A DNA stretch of 50,092 bases from a virus (lineage: Duplodnaviria; Caudoviricetes), in IMG/VR virus record IMGVR_UViG_3300031576_000068, positions 1-50,092 of that record. One strand, written 5' to 3'. Each line of letters opens with the position of its first letter. Position 1 is the stretch's first letter. The notes beneath the pieces are model-generated. The model was not told the DNA's origin, made no database searches, and saw only the letters and a program-made list of their open reading frames with translations. The position numbers and the translations under genes were made by a program. Positions 45,777-50,092 of the stretch are shown here, in pieces.

Positions 45777-47126
45777 ATGCCGGACATGATGGCAATGAAC
45801 CGGGCTTACCCCGTTCCCGAGCGTGATGGACTGTGGCGAGAGGCGTTCGCGTTCGAGACCAAGCAGGAGGACGAGAGCTCGCGCGTCGTGCGCTTCGTCG
45901 GATCGACAGAGGACGTGGATAGGGACGGGGACGTGATCCAGGTGTCCGGATGGGATCTGCGACCGTTCAAGAAGAACCCGGTCGTTCTCTGGAGTCACGA
46001 TTACCGGATACCGGCAATCGGCAAAGCGATCAGGGTCGAGAAGGTTGAAGGGAAGCTCACGTTCGACGTGGAGTTCGCGAAGCGGGAGGAACACGAACTA
46101 GCCGACACGATTTTCCGCCTCGTCAAAGGCGGTTTTCTCAGGGCTACGAGCGTGGGCTTCATTCCGAAGGAGATCGCCGACAGGACCGACGAAGAAGGCG
46201 AGAAGCTGGCGAGTGGGCGTCTTTTCAAGAAGCAGGAACTCCTCGAGCTGTCCATCGTGAACGTGCCGAGCAACCCGCATGCCCTTGAGGAAGCCTACGC
46301 GAAGGGGATCGTGACGCATGCCGAGATGGCCGAACTCGATGCGCTCCTGAGGGGCCCGGTGCCCTACACGCAGAATCCGGTCACAGGAGAGGATGAAGCT
46401 TGGGACGGCGCAGCGGCGCGAGGGCGCCTGGTCCGGTGGGCCGGAGGACCTGATCCGGACGAGATCGATTGGGCCAAGCTCGCGAAGGGGTTTGCGTGGT
46501 TTGACTCGGAGAGCCGTGAAACCTTGGGCGCCTACAAGCTGCCTCATCACGATGTGCGCGCCGGTCAACTCGTGTCCCACCGCCGTGGAGTCATAGCCGC
46601 CATGGTGGCCCATCTCGGTGGGCGCGGAGGAACAGACATCCCGGAGGGCGATCGCCGTCCGGTGTACGCGCACCTTGCGAAAGAATACGCACATCACGGG
46701 ATGGAGCCGCCGGAGTTCAGACTGCTCGCGCTTCACGAGCAGGTTCGCATGCTGACGGATGCTGGGTTCGCGGGCCAGCAGACACTCCAGTTTTTGGGCG
46801 CGTCTCCGGAGAATTCAGGCGTGACGACAGAGGAAGAGCGGCATCAGGATCTTGAGTCCATGCGTCGCCGGATCGAAGACAAGATCTGCGGGGTTTTCGG
46901 GAGCGAGACGGAGAAAGTCCGTGCAGAGCTGCGCGATCTCACCTCGCGCTTCATTTTGCTTGACGACGGGTTCAGAGAACTCGCCGCCGAGATCCGGGAG
47001 GGGAAGTTCCCCGATCCCGTTTGTGCCAACGAGGACCCGCCCGAGGTGCGGGCCCTGTGGCGGCGCATCGAGCAGTCGGTGCGCGAGCTGCGGGACCTGA
47101 CCCACCAAAAGGACGGCAACACGTAG
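45777..47126 (+). CDS. HK97-family prohead protease with C-terminal extension
   Basis: VDRDGD, NPVVLWSHD, ATSVGF, ELLELSIVNVPSNP; extra WDG...YKLPHH...GGRGG domain. Confidence 0.93.
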   Translation: MPDMMAMNRAYPVPERDGLWREAFAFETKQEDESSRVVRFVGSTEDVDRDGDVIQVSGWDLRPFKKNPVVLWSHDYRIPAIGKAIRVEKVEGKLTFDVEFAKREEHELADTIFRLVKGGFLRATSVGFIPKEIADRTDEEGEKLASGRLFKKQELLELSIVNVPSNPHALEEAYAKGIVTHAEMAELDALLRGPVPYTQNPVTGEDEAWDGAAARGRLVRWAGGPDPDEIDWAKLAKGFAWFDSESRETLGAYKLPHHDVRAGQLVSHRRGVIAAMVAHLGGRGGTDIPEGDRRPVYAHLAKEYAHHGMEPPEFRLLALHEQVRMLTDAGFAGQQTLQFLGASPENSGVTTEEERHQDLESMRRRIEDKICGVFGSETEKVRAELRDLTSRFILLDDGFRELAAEIREGKFPDPVCANEDPPEVRALWRRIEQSVRELRDLTHQKDGNT

Positions 47127-47148
47127 GTGGTTGGAAGAAAAACACTTT

Positions 47149-47178
47149 GAGAACACCCCGCGCCAGGCGGGGTTTCTC
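47149..47178 (+). terminator. Stem-loop between protease and capsid genes
   Basis: GAGAA-C-ACCCCGC-GCCAG-GCGGGGT-TTCTC; weak U tract, may be a stabiliser rather than terminator. Confidence 0.45.
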
Positions 47179-47191
47179 GTTGGAGAACATC

Positions 47192-48448
47192 ATGCCGGAC
47201 CCTATCGGGTTGCAGGAGCAGTACGTCGAACGAGTGAAGGATCTGGCCACACAGGTGGCCGGCGTGTCGGCGGTCCTCAAGGCCCAGGACGAGTTTCTGA
47301 ACGAACTGGGCAAGGAGACCGAAGAGCGCAAGGAGAAGGTCAAGAACATCGTCGCGGCGTTCGACAAGATCGACGAGATCAAGAAGAGCGTCGACGGGCT
47401 CGAGAAGCAGGTGGCCAGGCGCAAGATGAATCTCGCGTCGGCCTTCGAGCCTGGGGAGAAGGAGGCGCTGCTCTCCAAGTGGGTAGCCGGGGTGCTCAGG
47501 GCGAAGACGGCTCCGGAGTACGCCGCCCAGATGTTCGGGGAGGTGAAGGAGGCCCTGATCACCAAGGATCTCCAGGCGGATACGGGTTCGGGGTCGCACT
47601 TCGTCCCGAAGCCGCTGATCGCCGAGGTGATCCGCGAGCAGCCAGAGGTCGCGAGCTTCCGGAACCTGGCCCGGGTGGTCCCGATGACGAGCGACAAGCA
47701 GGACTGGCCCTCGCTCGGCGCCGTGACGACCGCCTGGCAGGGGACCTACGGCACGGCTTCCGTCGATCAGACGCCGACCACGAACATCGTGTCGCTCGTG
47801 GCCGATACGCTGATCGCCACCGTGCCCATCGGGAACCAGCTCCTCCAGGATGCGACGCCCGATATCGTGCCGGCGCTGACGGACGCCTTCCGGGAGGTGA
47901 TCATGCTCGCGGAGGAGAAGCAGGGGCTGTTGGGCACCGGGGCCGGAGCGGATCCCTTCACGGGGATCGGCTCGGCTGCAGGCGTCCAGCAGAGGGTCAT
48001 GGTCGGCGCCGCGGCCTCGACGAAGGTCGTGCTTACGGACATCACGGGGCTGATCGGAACGCTGATCAGCCGCGCGCTGGCCGGGGCACGGTTCTTCGCT
48101 AGCCGCACGCTCGTGAACCAGTTCCGCGAGATCAACGACGGCCAGGGCCGGCCGATCTTCGGGCTGGTGAACGAGACGCAGACGCATCAGATGTACGGCT
48201 TCCCGGTGGTCGTTTCCGATCAGATGCCTCAGATCGGGGCGGGCGGCGGCGGGGCCGTGAACGAGATCAACCTCATCCTCGGGAACCTGCGGAACGTGTT
48301 CCTCGGCGACCGCCGGCAGGTGGAGATCTTCCTGTCGGAGCATGCCGAGGTGCGCAAGTACGAGACCCTCATGCGCGTCACGGAGCGGGTCGCGATCACC
48401 GTCGCGATCGCAGCCTACTTCGCACGACTCAAGAGGGCCGCGGCCTAA
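47192..48448 (+). CDS. Major capsid protein (HK97 fold) with N-terminal delta domain
   Basis: Coiled-coil N-term; GSHFVPKPL, LLQDA, DGQGRPIF, YGFPVVVSDQMP, LGNL. Confidence 0.95.
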   Translation: MPDPIGLQEQYVERVKDLATQVAGVSAVLKAQDEFLNELGKETEERKEKVKNIVAAFDKIDEIKKSVDGLEKQVARRKMNLASAFEPGEKEALLSKWVAGVLRAKTAPEYAAQMFGEVKEALITKDLQADTGSGSHFVPKPLIAEVIREQPEVASFRNLARVVPMTSDKQDWPSLGAVTTAWQGTYGTASVDQTPTTNIVSLVADTLIATVPIGNQLLQDATPDIVPALTDAFREVIMLAEEKQGLLGTGAGADPFTGIGSAAGVQQRVMVGAAASTKVVLTDITGLIGTLISRALAGARFFASRTLVNQFREINDGQGRPIFGLVNETQTHQMYGFPVVVSDQMPQIGAGGGGAVNEINLILGNLRNVFLGDRRQVEIFLSEHAEVRKYETLMRVTERVAITVAIAAYFARLKRAAA

Positions 48449-48467
48449 GCCGGAAGGCCGATCATAT

Positions 48468-48500
48468 GGAGGGGGCCCGTTCGCGGGCCCCCTTCTTTTC
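48468..48500 (+). terminator. Rho-independent terminator after capsid gene
   Basis: GGAGGGGGCCCG-TTCG-CGGGCCCCCTTC then TTTT. Confidence 0.85.
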
Positions 48501-48515
48501 TCGGAGGTCTTCAGG

Positions 48516-48761
48516 ATGAAGCGCAGGTACAAGGTGAATGCCACAGGTGGCATCCTTCACGAAGCCGGTCAGGTCGGCGCTCCAGGGCAGTTCATCGAGG
48601 TAAACGAGGCGCGGGCCGCCGAACTCGGCCCGAATCTCGAATGCGATGTCGAAGGATCGCCTGTAGCGTTCGATGATCTAGGCGAGAAAGTGATCGATGC
48701 ACCGCCGGCTGACAAGATGTTCAGGCGCGGGCGTGCGCAGACGAAGGAGAGCGACCGATGA
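48516..48761 (+). CDS. Small post-capsid protein
   Basis: GGAGG RBS; PGQFIEVNEARAAEL...PPADKM pattern typical of small genes after MCP. Confidence 0.7.
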   Translation: MKRRYKVNATGGILHEAGQVGAPGQFIEVNEARAAELGPNLECDVEGSPVAFDDLGEKVIDAPPADKMFRRGRAQTKESDR

Positions 48762-49231
48762 GGCGAAGAGCACTTGTGGCGTCACTGATAGGGCTCGCGT
48801 TGGCGTGTCTTGTCGTCGCAGGCGATCGACTAGTGAGCGACGCGTCCACGTTTCCGCAAATCCGGATCACGAAGCCGATCAGCGCTGGGACGATCAATGC
48901 GTATCCGTTCGACCTGAATCTCGACTTCGGTGAGGCGCTGGAAGGCTCCTATTCCCTAGTCTACACGTACGGCGGGACTACTGAGCTGATCACGGTGGCC
49001 TTCCAGGGGAGCGTGGACAACTCGAATTGGATCACAATCGCCACCCCCGTGAGCGCGAGCAGCGCGAACGTCGCCCTCCATCGGATCGCCATTTCCAGTG
49101 ACGCTGGTGGGACGACGGTCAACGGAATCGTATTCCCGTTCTACCGCCTGCGGTTTACGACTTCTGCGGGAACCCCTCCGCTCACGGCCGTAACGGTGAA
49201 CGTGTACCGCCGCGACCTGTCGATGCGCTAA
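48758..49231 (+). CDS. Signal-peptide-bearing jelly-roll protein (capsid decoration-like)
   Basis: MRRRALVASLIGLALACLVVAG signal-like N-term; VAFQGSVDNSNW...PFYRLRF motif seen in decoration/cement-like proteins. Confidence 0.6.
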   Translation: MRRRALVASLIGLALACLVVAGDRLVSDASTFPQIRITKPISAGTINAYPFDLNLDFGEALEGSYSLVYTYGGTTELITVAFQGSVDNSNWITIATPVSASSANVALHRIAISSDAGGTTVNGIVFPFYRLRFTTSAGTPPLTAVTVNVYRRDLSMR

Positions 49232-49456
49232 ATGGGCTCCGTAAGGATCGTCGGAGAATGTGGGTTCCCGTCGGTGCCGGCAGCCGTCGCGGACCTTCAA
49301 GCGCGAGAGCCTACGATCGATGCGAACTACCGCCTCTCGTCCGAGTGGACGGCGGACCGCTTCCTATCAAGGTTGCGCGTCAGAATGTGGCAGTCCGCAG
49401 GGTTCAGGCCCGGGAACGGCCAGACGCTGAACGGCGGCACGATCAAAGTCCTTTGA
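49232..49456 (+). CDS. Hypothetical protein
   Basis: 74 aa, starts immediately after upstream stop. Confidence 0.45.
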   Translation: MGSVRIVGECGFPSVPAAVADLQAREPTIDANYRLSSEWTADRFLSRLRVRMWQSAGFRPGNGQTLNGGTIKVL

Positions 49457-49483
49457 TCGAGTCGTGGCGGCGAGGAGACATCA

Positions 49484-50092
49484 GTGGCGGTGCTCAGCCC
49501 TACGACCCTGCTCGCGTGGTTCGATTTCGGGCACATGGGGCTCACGCAATTTCTCAACTCCAGAAACACCTACTTAGGCGCAAATGATGGTGTGCAGCTC
49601 GTGGGGTTCGGTGCTCCGCAGCTCAGGGCTAATCTCGCTTTGACGAACTACTTCAAGGACGGCCCGATAGGAAGGCACTCCTACGGCCGATATGTTGAGT
49701 TCCATTCTGGCGCGCCGCACGGGGTATTCAGTCTCAGCACGTTCGGCGACGCGGACAATAGAGCCTACTACAACAGGGCGGCGTGGACCGTGGCGGTCGT
49801 GTTCAGGCCTATGTCGGTAGTCGGTAATCAGGTCCTGATTAGTAAGCGCGCTGCGCACAACACCGTTGATCTCACCTTCTCGCAGCGACTGATGCTCTCG
49901 GGGAGCACCCTCAAGGCCGCGTGTGCGTCAAGTGCAAGCGTACAGAACGAGATCACAATCGCGGAAGCCGTGACGACAGGGAAGTCATACATCGCATACA
50001 TGAGCAAGGCCGACGGCGCGAACCTGAACGCAGGAATCAAGGAAGTCGGCGCGGCATCATGGCTAACGGCGACACCTACGGGATCACTCACG
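49484..50092 (+). CDS. 5' part of junction-spanning LamG/ConA-like protein (about 273 aa, ends at 340)
   Basis: GAGGAG RBS, GTG start, open to contig end: MAVLSPTTLLAWFDF...AWTVAVVFRP...QVLISK; absent from ORF track. Confidence 0.75.
   Translation, partial: MAVLSPTTLLAWFDFGHMGLTQFLNSRNTYLGANDGVQLVGFGAPQLRANLALTNYFKDGPIGRHSYGRYVEFHSGAPHGVFSLSTFGDADNRAYYNRAAWTVAVVFRPMSVVGNQVLISKRAAHNTVDLTFSQRLMLSGSTLKAACASSASVQNEITIAEAVTTGKSYIAYMSKADGANLNAGIKEVGAASWLTATPTGSLT
49966..50092. repeat. Terminal direct repeat, right copy
   Basis: Identical to 1-127. Confidence 0.97.

Noticed and set aside
46844-48553. Long antisense or alternate-frame ORFs (also 7257-8531, 31918-33405, 32048-33127)
   Set aside because: Shadow frames of well-supported genes in high-GC DNA, with no motifs

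Overview
The window is an apparently complete, circularly permuted genome of a GC-rich temperate tailed phage (siphovirus-like), probably of a Gram-negative host. The first 127 nt repeat exactly at 49966-50092, giving a 49,965-bp circle with one gene spanning the junction. Modules: packaging and head (TerS, GpA-type TerL, portal fused to a gpF-like domain, HK97 protease, major capsid; 41.2-48.4 kb); an expanded neck/tail block (48.5 kb across the junction to 15.5 kb); lysis (GH108 endolysin, holin-like genes, tRNA-Pro; 15.6-19 kb); lysogeny (large serine recombinase, pyrF, CI/Cro switch; 19-24.4 kb); early recombination/replication genes (24.4-41 kb). Best leads: (1) signal-peptide-bearing proteins, one of them Cys-rich, embedded among neck genes that share a repeated Ig-like module; (2) a 50-bp attP-like inverted repeat inside the integrase gene, centred on a tRNA-3'-end mimic, predicting an integrase C-terminal switch on integration; (3) a full-length pyrF; (4) two related multi-branched RNA-like structures ending just before ribosome-binding sites; (5) a tRNA-Pro with C33. 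All family calls come from reading motifs by eye; no searches were run.
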